From: a virus
Taxonomy: Duplodnaviria > Caudoviricetes
Virus record (IMG/VR): IMGVR_UViG_3300025103_000148
Coordinates: 1 to 24,822 of that record
Reading direction: 5' to 3' (one strand)
Length of the DNA: 24,822 nt
Position 1 is the stretch's first letter, and every line of letters starts with the position of its first letter. Below the pieces are notes generated by a model. It saw only the letters and a program-made list of their open reading frames with translations, did no database searches and was not told the origin of the DNA. Shown here piece by piece: positions 1 through 9,032 of the stretch. A program made the translations under genes and the position numbers.

Positions 1-2076
1 ATCACTATATTCAGTCACAAGGTGATAACCAGTAATACCCGCCTGATATTCATTTCCCATAAAAGAATTAGTTTCAGATAAAACATCTAAATGGGCCGTT
101 GGTTTCACTTGTGTAACACCATCCGTCCCAGTTACTCTAACAGTGGTATCATCGGGATATGTTTGCAAATCATAAACAATGCCAAATTCTGCTTCGCTTT
201 GCTGATGTAAAAATGGCCGCAAATCACTACCAGTTACTTGGTCATAATCTATTGATTCTTCTTTTCTGTTTTGGCTAATTCTTTCGTGGATTTCTATTTT
301 ATTAATAGCCAATCTGGGGTCATGTCCTTCATCATTAACAACATTACCATCAGTATGCAACCATAAACGCTTAATATCTACTGTAGGTGGAATATAAGAT
401 ATTCCTCTACTATTTGGATGTGGATAAATAATCCAATAATCTGTATCAGTGCAACAACCATAATTTCCACCAGAAATACCATCTGCATTTAATGCACCAT
501 CTGCAACTGCAAATGGTGTGAACTCACACGGTGTCCAACCACCCGAACATCCTTCATATCCCAATTCATTATTATTTAAATCAAAGTCAGGGCAATGGGC
601 ATTATGACCATTTATGTCTGTAATGTTTGTACTTAACGGACCAACAAATTGAGTTTGACCACTTGGAATATCATATGGATTATGGGCAGTTACGCCCCAT
701 TCGGGAACTGTTCCTCTACCGTCACCACCCGATACAGAACACGCAAAAGGATTATATCCTTGTGGGTATAAATCAATCCCTGCGGAGTTGTTTCGTAAGT
801 TTTCGTATGTTTGGAAACGATATGGTGTATAATGTCCGATGAGTGTATTTTCATATACTCTAAATTCATTATGTTGACCATCAACTGTATCGATTCTTCT
901 TCTGTAAAGGAGAACTTCGCCAAATACTTCCATTCCGGCCGGGTGAATGATTTTCTTAATGACATCAATCCATTTTTCAAATGACGATTCTACTCGTAAG
1001 ACATATGAAAATTGTTGGAAGTAATGACTATCTTGAATCTTTTTGTTGGATGATAATTGCCCATCCGTACCTTCGTAGTAGCCAGGATAATCAGAAACTC
1101 CACCAAGGTTAATATCTAATACTGCATCCGTGCCGAACGGGCTGTCCACAACCACTGTCCATTCAGAAATATCTTGATAGTTAAAACCAAAATCAATAAT
1201 TCTAAGTTTTTTAATAGAACCCAGTTGAATCTCTTCGTCCGTTTTATACAAACTATTTTGAGTATCAACTTCATCTACTCTTGCTAAAAATCCAGAACCA
1301 ACTGGATTCTTTGTTGGGTCTGAACTTTTTAAACGAATAGTTTCGCCTGGTTGATAATCTTTACCACCTTCCGTTATGGTAACCGATTCAATAACAGGAA
1401 AAACAAATTCTTTTAAGAGGTTTCCATCTCCGTCTAATCCTTCAATATTTCTTGAAGGATTAAATGTACCAAATGCTCCTGCTAGGAAAAATTCTGCAAT
1501 CTGTACACCATCAACTGGATATAATTGTAAATCTGAAACTCTTGCGTATGCAATAATTTCACCTGAATCATTTCGTTGTTTGATTTCTTGTTGAAGTAAA
1601 CCGAAAAGATTAACATCGTTGTTGGATGTAGTTTTGATTGATTTTCTTTGTACCCATTTACCATCTGACAAACGAAGAACATCTTCTTTGGGGTAATAGA
1701 ATTCAATCGATGAATTATAGAGAACACGAAAAAGAAATTCAAAAGATTTCTCAGAACCTTTGGCTCTAAAAAACTGTCTAATATTTTTAATAAGATTTTT
1801 TTGATTAAGTGGATTGCCATTAGAATCAACGGCAAGTTTCTCTGGGAAATGTAATAGATATTCCTTTCTGAAATATTCAACAAACGAATCAAATGTACTG
1901 TCTATGTCTCTTTGAGATAATAAATCTAATCCACCATCAAACGCCCCAACATCACCAGTAGTTTCCAACCACTCATAATATGCTTCCAAAAAGGAAACAA
2001 ACATGGGGTGGTCTGCCTTAACAAATCTAGGCAGTTGAGATGAAACCTCTTGGGATAGTAGGGGGTGGTTGTTCAT
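1..2076 (-). CDS. gp7: T4-like baseplate wedge subunit, gp7-like (runs off the left edge, 3' partial)
   Basis: ATG at 2076, 5 nt after the gp6 stop. Partial manual translation gives MNNHPLLSQEVSSQLPRFVKADHPMFVSFLEAYYEWLE...IKNIRQFFRAKGSEKSFEFLFRVLY... and GQLSSNKKIQDSHYFQQFSYVL...KKIIHPAGMEVFGEV, motifs typical of the wedge protein that follows gp6 in marine T4-like phages. Its absence from the ORF track is consistent with no stop in the window. Confidence 0.8.
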   Translation of the reverse strand, partial: MNNHPLLSQEVSSQLPRFVKADHPMFVSFLEAYYEWLETTGDVGAFDGGLDLLSQRDIDSTFDSFVEYFRKEYLLHFPEKLAVDSNGNPLNQKNLIKNIRQFFRAKGSEKSFEFLFRVLYNSSIEFYYPKEDVLRLSDGKWVQRKSIKTTSNNDVNLFGLLQQEIKQRNDSGEIIAYARVSDLQLYPVDGVQIAEFFLAGAFGTFNPSRNIEGLDGDGNLLKEFVFPVIESVTITEGGKDYQPGETIRLKSSDPTKNPVGSGFLARVDEVDTQNSLYKTDEEIQLGSIKKLRIIDFGFNYQDISEWTVVVDSPFGTDAVLDINLGGVSDYPGYYEGTDGQLSSNKKIQDSHYFQQFSYVLRVESSFEKWIDVIKKIIHPAGMEVFGEVLLYRRRIDTVDGQHNEFRVYENTLIGHYTPYRFQTYENLRNNSAGIDLYPQGYNPFACSVSGGDGRGTVPEWGVTAHNPYDIPSGQTQFVGPLSTNITDINGHNAHCPDFDLNNNELGYEGCSGGWTPCEFTPFAVADGALNADGISGGNYGCCTDTDYWIIYPHPNSRGISYIPPTVDIKRLWLHTDGNVVNDEGHDPRLAINKIEIHERISQNRKEESIDYDQVTGSDLRPFLHQQSEAEFGIVYDLQTYPDDTTVRVTGTDGVTQVKPTAHLDVLSETNSFMGNEYQAGITGYHLVTEYSD

Positions 2077-2081
2077 TTATT

Positions 2082-4055
2082 TTATCCGCTACCAGTCGAA
2101 GTTGCAGCCCACAAGTTAATTCCACTTGTTGCTTCGGATGATGTTCCGCTATCAACGCAGAATCTAGTTTCAATTGGGCTATTCACATTTGTTACTTGAG
2201 TGACTGATGTAATTCTTGCATCTGTATCATTTTCATCAACCAATAAAATCATATCTCTTCGAACAGACATTTCACCTGCTCGTTCAGCAGGAACTACAGT
2301 TATTTTCAAATAAACACCACTGATGAGTGCATGTGGATTGAAGGATTTTAATTCTACAATACCGTTGCAATAATCAACTGTACCTGCGGTGGTATTAATA
2401 TATCGTTTTTTATTGTCGTCTATTACATAAATTCTTACATTACCCATACCATCGTCATCAATGTAACCTGTAGAATATGGGTCAGCATCTGACGCCTTCT
2501 CTGGGTCAAAGATGGAAAAACCATTACTAGTAAGAACAGAACCACACCCTGCACCAACTGGATGCCAAATGGCATTGTAGAAATTAATCTTATATGAAAT
2601 GGAAACATCAAAAGTCGGTTCGAATCTTTTTTGCATTCGAATATCTGTTGCTGTTCCCATGATAGAAACATCCAACGAATCCAAATATGCTGAGAAATTT
2701 GAATAACGGAAGTGATTGTCGAATTTTTCTAACGATGATGTTGCATATGTTGACATCCCCGTTTCAATTAAACTTTGAATTTGACTTGCTGATTTATTGG
2801 TCTTGGCTGGTACATAATGAACAACCGAGTTGAAAAGAATATACACATAATCTGGGTCAACAATTTCTGGTTGAATACCAACTAGGTTTCTTTCTTTAAG
2901 AATAGTATTCCGCAAAGAAATCTTTTCTAGGTCACTGAGAACGGTGCCATTTTTTGGTTTAACTGCAACAAAAACTTTTCCATAGGTAGGTGGGTCATTA
3001 TCCTCACCACCCCAAACACGAACAGAATCTGCGAATGGGTAATCTCTACCAATTAAGAATTCATAATCACCAACAGTTACTGCTCTTTCTTGTGCTTGAT
3101 AACTTCTTGGTGCATAATATCTAATAGATTCATCTGATTCTCTGTCAGCACCACCTTGTGCATGGTCAACAACAGTAATGTCGTATCCATCTGGCATAGT
3201 AAATGTTGGTGTTCCTTCGACTTCATTGTATCCGATACCATTAGAATCTTCACCATTCGATGCCATATATTCAACGATAATTACATTATTGTTTTCGACT
3301 GCTTGACCTGCAATGTCATCACCAAAGAAAATTTCATATAGACCATCATTAGTTTCTTGTAGAAAATAAACTTTTGAAGTTGGTGTTAATAGGTTTGTGT
3401 CCAATCCTCTGTCCCAAGGAATATCATACCCCTCAATATCTTCTGTTGATTTTTGAACCCGTACAATTAGAGTGGATGTGTCGATTTTATCAGATGTAAT
3501 AATAAACTTTTGATTTTCATTATTTGAATCTACAATAAATGATTCGGTTTTAAATTCACCTTCAACGACTTCTACATTTTCGATAGTCCATTCAATTGTT
3601 GCACCATCACTACTACTGAATCTGGTAGGAATATATTTTAATGGTGTTTGATTTCTGAATGTATATGACGAACCGTCTGATGCGATTGCAACAAAGGGAG
3701 TGTTTCTTTCTAGGTATCCTAAAGAGCCAGGAGTATCGGCACTTTCAGCAATAATTTTTAAATTTGTTCTAGAAGAAGTAATAGACCGTGGTGTATATCC
3801 CAACTGCTTTGCATGAGAAACAATAGAATCTCTAATGGTTGCAGTATCCAAAAACATTTCATTAGCAACCATGTTGGTATAGAAGCCAGTATAGTGAGTG
3901 TTATACGCAAGAATATCTAACAGAACATTTAGTCCTGACCCTGTAAAATTGTAATCTTTGAATTTGTCTTGACTTGCTAAGAAAGTAGAAAAACTTTTCT
4001 TCAGGTCATCGAAATCTAAGTTCAATACTTTCAAAGAAGATTTATTGGTAGTCAT
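2082..4055 (-). CDS. gp6: baseplate wedge subunit gp6
   Basis: 657 aa with LDFDDLK..., DYNFTGSGLNVLLDILAYNTHY, EMFLDTA..R.SIVSHAKQLGYTPRS, YEIFFGD and QERAVTVGDY motifs; follows gp25. Confidence 0.95.
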   Translation of the reverse strand: MTTNKSSLKVLNLDFDDLKKSFSTFLASQDKFKDYNFTGSGLNVLLDILAYNTHYTGFYTNMVANEMFLDTATIRDSIVSHAKQLGYTPRSITSSRTNLKIIAESADTPGSLGYLERNTPFVAIASDGSSYTFRNQTPLKYIPTRFSSSDGATIEWTIENVEVVEGEFKTESFIVDSNNENQKFIITSDKIDTSTLIVRVQKSTEDIEGYDIPWDRGLDTNLLTPTSKVYFLQETNDGLYEIFFGDDIAGQAVENNNVIIVEYMASNGEDSNGIGYNEVEGTPTFTMPDGYDITVVDHAQGGADRESDESIRYYAPRSYQAQERAVTVGDYEFLIGRDYPFADSVRVWGGEDNDPPTYGKVFVAVKPKNGTVLSDLEKISLRNTILKERNLVGIQPEIVDPDYVYILFNSVVHYVPAKTNKSASQIQSLIETGMSTYATSSLEKFDNHFRYSNFSAYLDSLDVSIMGTATDIRMQKRFEPTFDVSISYKINFYNAIWHPVGAGCGSVLTSNGFSIFDPEKASDADPYSTGYIDDDGMGNVRIYVIDDNKKRYINTTAGTVDYCNGIVELKSFNPHALISGVYLKITVVPAERAGEMSVRRDMILLVDENDTDARITSVTQVTNVNSPIETRFCVDSGTSSEATSGINLWAATSTGSG

Positions 4056-4444
4056 TATCGTATCCTCTCTAATCTAACGGGTACTTCAATTATTTGTTCA
4101 GTGTTTCTGATACGAAATGCAACAGTAACATCAAGGCGGTTCTTGTCATTGTCAGAATTTATCAATATATCAATAACCTCAATTCGTTTTTCATATATGT
4201 CTAGTGTATGACGAATTGCTTGTTCTACTCTAACTTCGGTGAGTGGTGAGGGGTTTTCAAATAGTTGGTCAGAAATTCGGCATTCCACATCAGGTTGCAT
4301 CAACCTTTCAAATCTCGATGTTAAGACCAAATTCCGAACAGACCGTTTTATCGCAATATCGTCTGTTAAAATATTAACATCACCGCTAATAGGATTGCGG
4401 GTAAAGTCTAGGTCTATATCAGAAAATCTGTTAGTTTTTGCCAT
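4055..4444 (-). CDS. gp25: baseplate wedge subunit gp25 (sheath initiator, GPW/gp25 family)
   Basis: 129 aa: FSDIDLDF..NP.SGD, AIKRSVRNLVLT..FER, YEKRIEV, ending LERIR; TAATG coupling to gp6. Confidence 0.93.
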   Translation of the reverse strand: MAKTNRFSDIDLDFTRNPISGDVNILTDDIAIKRSVRNLVLTSRFERLMQPDVECRISDQLFENPSPLTEVRVEQAIRHTLDIYEKRIEVIDILINSDNDKNRLDVTVAFRIRNTEQIIEVPVRLERIR

Positions 4445-4445
4445 G

Positions 4446-5165
4446 TTATTTAATTTTCATCTTTTTCATTTGTTCTCTGTCCAATTCAATTTGAAGTTTA
4501 TTTCTGGCAGCAATCAATAGGTCTGGAATATTAGATTCCACTATTTCATCAACCTTACTCCATGAACACCATTGACACATAACAAAACCACTAAAATAGT
4601 TATTCTTATATAGCGGAATAATAGAATATGCCAACACATTGGCAGCCATTAATTGTTGTTTTGAGTAATTATCACCATCTTCGATTGGAAGATTAAATGT
4701 ACACTTTCCATCTTTAGTTTTTTCTAAAAGATGATGCATTGTGGACATTTGTAAGTCTCTCCAATTTGGAGATTCGGGAGATACACCAGTTCTTACAGAT
4801 TCGTGGGTCATTGTTAATTTTGCCATAGAATTTCCGTCAAAGAAACTACCACCATTATGGAATTGAACAACTTGTGTTCTAGCACAATCTAATTCAACTC
4901 GAAGTTCAGTTAAAATTTCATGAACTCTACTATTACATCTCCAATAGTTGTTGGGGAGATATGTTTTTTTCTTTTTTTTCCTAGTTTCTATTGCTTTATA
5001 TAAAACAGGTAATGCAAAAAATACACCGGCAACCAATGCAACTGCAACTAAACCCACTTCCATCCAAGAACCAACTATATCAACGCCTCCGACTTCATTG
5101 TCAGTTAATTGAGTATCATACTGGGCTTGAATGTTATTTAATATTGATGTGATATAATATATCAT
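4446..5165 (-). CDS. single-pass membrane protein with GAF-like C-terminal domain; candidate T4 gp t-like holin
   Basis: One hydrophobic helix (VGLVAVALVAGVFFALPVLY) followed by RKKKKK, then an alpha/beta domain with RTQVVQFHNGG and YSIIPLYKNNYFSGFVMCQW. GGAG SD upstream. Confidence 0.5.
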   Translation of the reverse strand: MIYYITSILNNIQAQYDTQLTDNEVGGVDIVGSWMEVGLVAVALVAGVFFALPVLYKAIETRKKKKKTYLPNNYWRCNSRVHEILTELRVELDCARTQVVQFHNGGSFFDGNSMAKLTMTHESVRTGVSPESPNWRDLQMSTMHHLLEKTKDGKCTFNLPIEDGDNYSKQQLMAANVLAYSIIPLYKNNYFSGFVMCQWCSWSKVDEIVESNIPDLLIAARNKLQIELDREQMKKMKIK

Positions 5166-5198
5166 TATTTCTCCGAATAGTATAGTATTTCTTCATTT

Positions 5199-5205
5199 TA
5201 TGTAT
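5199..5205 (-). promoter_or_regulatory. ATACATA, candidate late-promoter box
   Basis: Intergenic, 34 nt upstream of the ATG at 5165. The same heptamer recurs upstream of other genes and resembles the T4 late box TATAAATA. Confidence 0.4.
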
Positions 5206-5213
5206 GAATCAAT

Positions 5214-6131
5214 TTAAATAACAATACCATATGAACCACCATCAATTTTAATTAGATGGTCATGTGTCACATCAGAAGTTAACCCCAATGAGGACTCTAT
5301 TGTTTTAAATCTTGTTTCGATAGCGGCCGCTGCCCCTTGAGCCGCTTCAGCGTGGGCCGCACCTTGTGTTCCATCACCAGTTACTCCCTCCATGATTTGG
5401 TCCATGTCAACATCAATCACATCAGGAAGTTTATCATGTATTTTTTGTGGAAGATTTTGAGTGTTTATTGCTTTCTTTAGTGCAGGGCTTGCAATATTAT
5501 TTTCAATAAATGTTTTTGCAAAACAATCACCATCTGGACTTGTCATGGATGATACTCCAGAACCAAGGCCCTTCTTTACAACATAACTAAATGCTTTGTC
5601 GAAATTTGCATTGTCACTATTCCTAATATTATTAAGATTGGTTGCGGTCTGCTGTGCTTGGTTAATCAAATTACCAAGATTTCCAGCCTGGTCACCATTG
5701 TTGATAGCAGTCGTAATCTGTGACATCAAACCTTTTGCTGTTGTTAAATCATCTTTACTTTTTGTGATTCCTTCAAACATCTGTGAGAAATTATCTTGCT
5801 TTTTGTTTTGCATGGATTCTTTATCACTATTGAACGCTCCTGCAATCCCTATGATTTTTGAAAATTCAGCAACATCACCCTTTCCTGAAAGTTTATTAGA
5901 GTGACTTTGGAAATCACCTAACATTGCATTGATACCCTGTAAGGTTTCTGTCATACTTCCAGTTGGGTCAATATCATCAGGTACAGAACTTGGCATTCCA
6001 CCAACCAAATCACCAATATCTCCACCCACAGGATTTTTAAATGCTTTCCCGTTCATCACTGCATCCATGACTTGTCGGGTGCCTTTTTCAATGTCGATTC
6101 CTTTTGGAGTACAATCGCCTATTAAACCCAT
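5214..6131 (-). CDS. hypothetical protein, probably virion/baseplate associated
   Basis: 305 aa, helical and N/Q/A-rich, AGGAG SD, TGATG coupling. Ends in IKIDGGSY, a DGGxY-type motif common near the C-termini of phage fibre/virion proteins. Lies between PAAR and gp25. Confidence 0.7.
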   Translation of the reverse strand: MGLIGDCTPKGIDIEKGTRQVMDAVMNGKAFKNPVGGDIGDLVGGMPSSVPDDIDPTGSMTETLQGINAMLGDFQSHSNKLSGKGDVAEFSKIIGIAGAFNSDKESMQNKKQDNFSQMFEGITKSKDDLTTAKGLMSQITTAINNGDQAGNLGNLINQAQQTATNLNNIRNSDNANFDKAFSYVVKKGLGSGVSSMTSPDGDCFAKTFIENNIASPALKKAINTQNLPQKIHDKLPDVIDVDMDQIMEGVTGDGTQGAAHAEAAQGAAAAIETRFKTIESSLGLTSDVTHDHLIKIDGGSYGIVI

Positions 6132-6376
6132 CAGTTATCCTCCTTGTCTATGAATATTTCTTTACCAAGAACAGGACTACTCTTCCACGGTTGACCTTTT
6201 GGTTGACCAATCATTGAAGGACACCAATCTCCACCGAAATGACCTTTGGATTTCATGTCCTTCAGCCAATCTTCTCCAAAATTAGCAATTAAAAAATCAT
6301 CACGCTTTTCACTGTGAGTGTTGTGATAGTATCTGCTTTGGTATACTACCTGTTCGAATGGTACAAATTGTTTCAC
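6131..6376 (-). CDS. hypothetical protein (81 aa; start reassigned to GTG 6376)
   Basis: GGAGG lies 5 nt before GTG at 6376, just after the PAAR stop. This avoids the 95-nt overlap implied by the track start at 6472. Confidence 0.6.
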   Translation of the reverse strand: MKQFVPFEQVVYQSRYYHNTHSEKRDDFLIANFGEDWLKDMKSKGHFGGDWCPSMIGQPKGQPWKSSPVLGKEIFIDKEDN

Positions 6377-6377
6377 A

Positions 6378-6665
6378 TCAACCTCCCGCAAAAACATTTC
6401 CAGACCCACTCGCACATGCAGAACCACATGCAACGGGGTCACCAATTCTTGCGAGTTGTAAACTATTAACAAATACCGTACTAGAACCTGCGGCTAGTGT
6501 ACTACCATGACACGGAGGTCCACAACAATGACTTGACCAACTATCTCCCTGCCTGTGAGCAGGAATTCCATTGATAAAAACATTTGGTGAGGCCTGATTG
6601 TTGGGTCTTGAACCAAAACATCCATGACCTGTACAAACATCTCCTAATCTGTGTACTGCTGGCAT
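6378..6665 (-). CDS. gp5.4: PAAR-repeat tail spike tip protein (gp5.4-like)
   Basis: 95 aa: MPAVHRLGD.CTGH, VFING.PAHRQGD, GSSTVFVN...ARIGD.V.CG; directly after gp5; AGGAG SD. Confidence 0.95.
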   Translation of the reverse strand: MPAVHRLGDVCTGHGCFGSRPNNQASPNVFINGIPAHRQGDSWSSHCCGPPCHGSTLAAGSSTVFVNSLQLARIGDPVACGSACASGSGNVFAGG

Positions 6666-6674
6666 TACTTTCTC

Positions 6675-8039
6675 CTAGTTAATGTGAACCGTGCTACCCT
6701 GAATGACTGTTCTAGAATTACTCTTAAAGAGGTGGGTGGTTTGTGAAAGCATATTAGTATGCAATTTAACATTCGAAGTTCTGAATCCTGTCGTAGTAGA
6801 TTCAATAATATTTTTCCAAGCCTCTTTCTTGTAAGTCATATCTGTTTTAACATGTGTGTCTTTACCACTATGGGAAAACCGTCTCTTCCCGACCCGTTCT
6901 GTCATATTGCCTGTAATATCTAGGGTATAATTTCCGTTCACATACCCATTCACATTACCTTTATGTAATGTATAATTCAAATCACCCTTATCAATCTCAA
7001 GGTTTACATTAGAATTAGCACCAAGTTGAATGTCAATATTATTGTCCGACTCAGAATCTGAATTGACTAAAATTTTAAGACCTTTGTCAATCGTAGTTGT
7101 TTCCTTACCATCGATATGAGTGTATTTGTCTTTTAGGATAATTTCATAATCATCCAATACAACCTTTGTTACCCTAGTTCCATTCGGATGAATTTCTTCA
7201 AATGTTCCACTTCGATGATATTGATGAAGTCTTTCTGCTCCAGGCGTATCATCTACCTCAAAAGTGTGTCCTGATTCAGATTCATATACATGGTTGTGTG
7301 GGTATTGTGTTGCATATGGTGTATTGGGTTCTGTCCACTTCTCTTTGTATGTTCCATCCGTTCTAGGATTTCCACCTACTGCAACAACTCCTAGATGAGA
7401 TTTACCAGGCGGAACAGAGTTTTTCTTTTTGAATGCTTTTGGAACATCTTTATCCTGTTCATCTTTTTTCAGTTGAACTATAGTCTCATCTATTGTTTCG
7501 TTTCGTGCAAGTCTGTTTGTATCTGGTTCATCGAGAGCCGCTCTGTGCGGGCCACCTCCTGTATGTTTAGGATAGTTCTTGCCCTTCTTTTCGTTTTCAA
7601 GTTCTGCACCTTTACCATCTCTGTGATAAATTTGCTTTTTGAATTCGTCTTTGGGCGCCCCCTCTAATTCGTCACTTGTTCGTGGGTCATTGAAGCCGGT
7701 TTTAATATCGGCCTTCTCTTCTGGAATACCACCAATCGAACCCATAATAACGGGTTCTTGTGAAGATGCACCATCACGGAAAAAACCAACAACCCAAGAG
7801 CCAGGAATTAAACCAGTTGGTGAATTACCAATACCACTAATAGCGGCACTAGTAATTGGTTGAACAGGATAAGCCCAAGGAAGATGTTCGGTTTTAATGT
7901 TTTTCTTATCATCAATATGATAACCAAGAATTCGAACACGACAACGACCCAACATTAATGGGTCATCAATGTCTTCTACAACTCCTTGCCACCAAATAAA
8001 CGAGTGACCAACAAAATCTCTAGGGGTTTCATTAGGCAT
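6675..8039 (-). CDS. gp5: baseplate hub / tail spike gp5 (OB-fold plus beta-helix, no lysozyme domain apparent)
   Basis: WWQGVVEDIDDPLMLGRCRVRILGYH...LPWA...GSWVVGFFRDG..QEPVIMG (OB-fold) and YPHNHVYESESGHTFEVDDTPGAERLHQYHRSGTFEEIHPNG. Confidence 0.95.
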   Translation of the reverse strand: MPNETPRDFVGHSFIWWQGVVEDIDDPLMLGRCRVRILGYHIDDKKNIKTEHLPWAYPVQPITSAAISGIGNSPTGLIPGSWVVGFFRDGASSQEPVIMGSIGGIPEEKADIKTGFNDPRTSDELEGAPKDEFKKQIYHRDGKGAELENEKKGKNYPKHTGGGPHRAALDEPDTNRLARNETIDETIVQLKKDEQDKDVPKAFKKKNSVPPGKSHLGVVAVGGNPRTDGTYKEKWTEPNTPYATQYPHNHVYESESGHTFEVDDTPGAERLHQYHRSGTFEEIHPNGTRVTKVVLDDYEIILKDKYTHIDGKETTTIDKGLKILVNSDSESDNNIDIQLGANSNVNLEIDKGDLNYTLHKGNVNGYVNGNYTLDITGNMTERVGKRRFSHSGKDTHVKTDMTYKKEAWKNIIESTTTGFRTSNVKLHTNMLSQTTHLFKSNSRTVIQGSTVHIN

Positions 8040-8961
8040 CTGATTTCTTCTTTGTCTTTCCTAAGTTTTTAAAACCATTCTTAATCTTAATCTGCGATAT
8101 AATTCTCTTAGTCATTGGACTTGTTAATTCACTAGCAAATCCGTTTCTTCCAAAGATTTCTTTTCGTTCTTCTGTATCTAGATGCTCTTTCATCTCTTCG
8201 ATAAGTTCTACGATTTCTTCAATTGCAGTCTCATATCGTTTACCATTTATCAACATCCATCCAACAACACCAATGGTGGCTAAGAAGCCCACAATTAAAA
8301 CAATTAAACCAACCATAGCAATTTCTTCGAGATAGTATTGTGATGCGGCCGCAAAACCAACAGTAAGCATACCAACGGCTAAAACAATTGCACCAAGCCT
8401 ACCATTCACCCAAAAGGCAATGAAGGCACCACCCACTAACATTCCAAACCCTATTACAAAGAATAGAGTTATGAAACTATGTAAATTTTCAAGTGCTTCT
8501 TTCCGAACTTCCCTATCGGACTGTTCGTACTCTGCGACCAAATCCTCTAGTTGTTCTATCTGACCCACAGCGGCTGCAACTCTGTTGTTTGCCGCTTCTA
8601 AATCTTCTAGAGATTCGTCTATCCGAATTTGTTCTTTCTGTGCATCGTCTACCGTTTCTTTGATTTCCTCTGCGGAATTCTCGATACTGTCGAGAGTCGG
8701 GTCGATGTTGTAATTTCTGTCCTCTGGAACGAGAGCGATATCGTTCAGAATTGCATCTGCTTTCTGGTCTATCGTTTCCAAGTCGTTCCCGATGACTTCT
8801 GATGCGTTCGTTATCTCGTCCGTCTGTTCTCTCTGCTCCCTCACGCTGTCCACCACGGTTGAAGCGGTGTTCTCTGGATGGCCGTTCATGTCTTGCAGTG
8901 CTTCGCAACTGAGTAAAGTCAAACTGCATAGTGCGATTATTGTTAATGTTTTCTTCATCAT
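8032..8961 (-). CDS. lipoprotein with acidic coiled coil and three C-terminal TM helices; candidate spanin-like envelope protein
   Basis: GAGGTG SD; MMKKTLTIIALCSLTLLS-C lipobox-like signal; ~130 aa D/E-rich helical region; three hydrophobic segments (FITLFFVIGFGMLVGGAFIAFWV, LGAIVLAVGMLTVGFAAA, IAMVGLIVLIVGFLATIGVVGWMLI). Confidence 0.75.
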   Translation of the reverse strand: MMKKTLTIIALCSLTLLSCEALQDMNGHPENTASTVVDSVREQREQTDEITNASEVIGNDLETIDQKADAILNDIALVPEDRNYNIDPTLDSIENSAEEIKETVDDAQKEQIRIDESLEDLEAANNRVAAAVGQIEQLEDLVAEYEQSDREVRKEALENLHSFITLFFVIGFGMLVGGAFIAFWVNGRLGAIVLAVGMLTVGFAAASQYYLEEIAMVGLIVLIVGFLATIGVVGWMLINGKRYETAIEEIVELIEEMKEHLDTEERKEIFGRNGFASELTSPMTKRIISQIKIKNGFKNLGKTKKKSDA

Positions 8962-9025
8962 GTCTCACCTCATTCTGTGGTGGAGCAACACTAACCACCA
9001 TTCCCAATATTAATGCCTTTAACAT
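8513..9025 (-). CDS. probable overprinted Arg-rich protein with hydrophobic N-terminus (170 aa)
   Basis: Starts 7 nt after the previous stop, at an ATACATA box. N-terminus is MLKALILGMVVSVAPP. The frame stays open for ~149 codons inside the lipoprotein gene, where stops would be expected frequently. Confidence 0.55.
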   Translation of the reverse strand: MLKALILGMVVSVAPPQNEVRHDEENINNNRTMQFDFTQLRSTARHERPSREHRFNRGGQREGAERTDGRDNERIRSHRERLGNDRPESRCNSERYRSRSRGQKLQHRPDSRQYREFRRGNQRNGRRCTERTNSDRRISRRFRSGKQQSCSRCGSDRTTRGFGRRVRTVR

Positions 9026-9031
9026 ATGTAT
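9025..9031 (-). promoter_or_regulatory. ATACATA, candidate late-promoter box
   Basis: Lies in the short gap between the stop at 9033 and the ATG at 9025, overlapping the A of the ATG. Confidence 0.35.
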
Positions 9032-9032
9032 C

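Noticed and set aside
690-3274. Short alternative-frame minus ORFs (690-980, 1482-1892, 2435-2671, 3077-3274)
   Set aside because: Nested in gp7-like and gp6 genes with no recognisable product or independent start signals.
6675-8039. gp5 lacking a lysozyme domain as a novelty
   Set aside because: Common among marine and other non-enteric T4-like phages.
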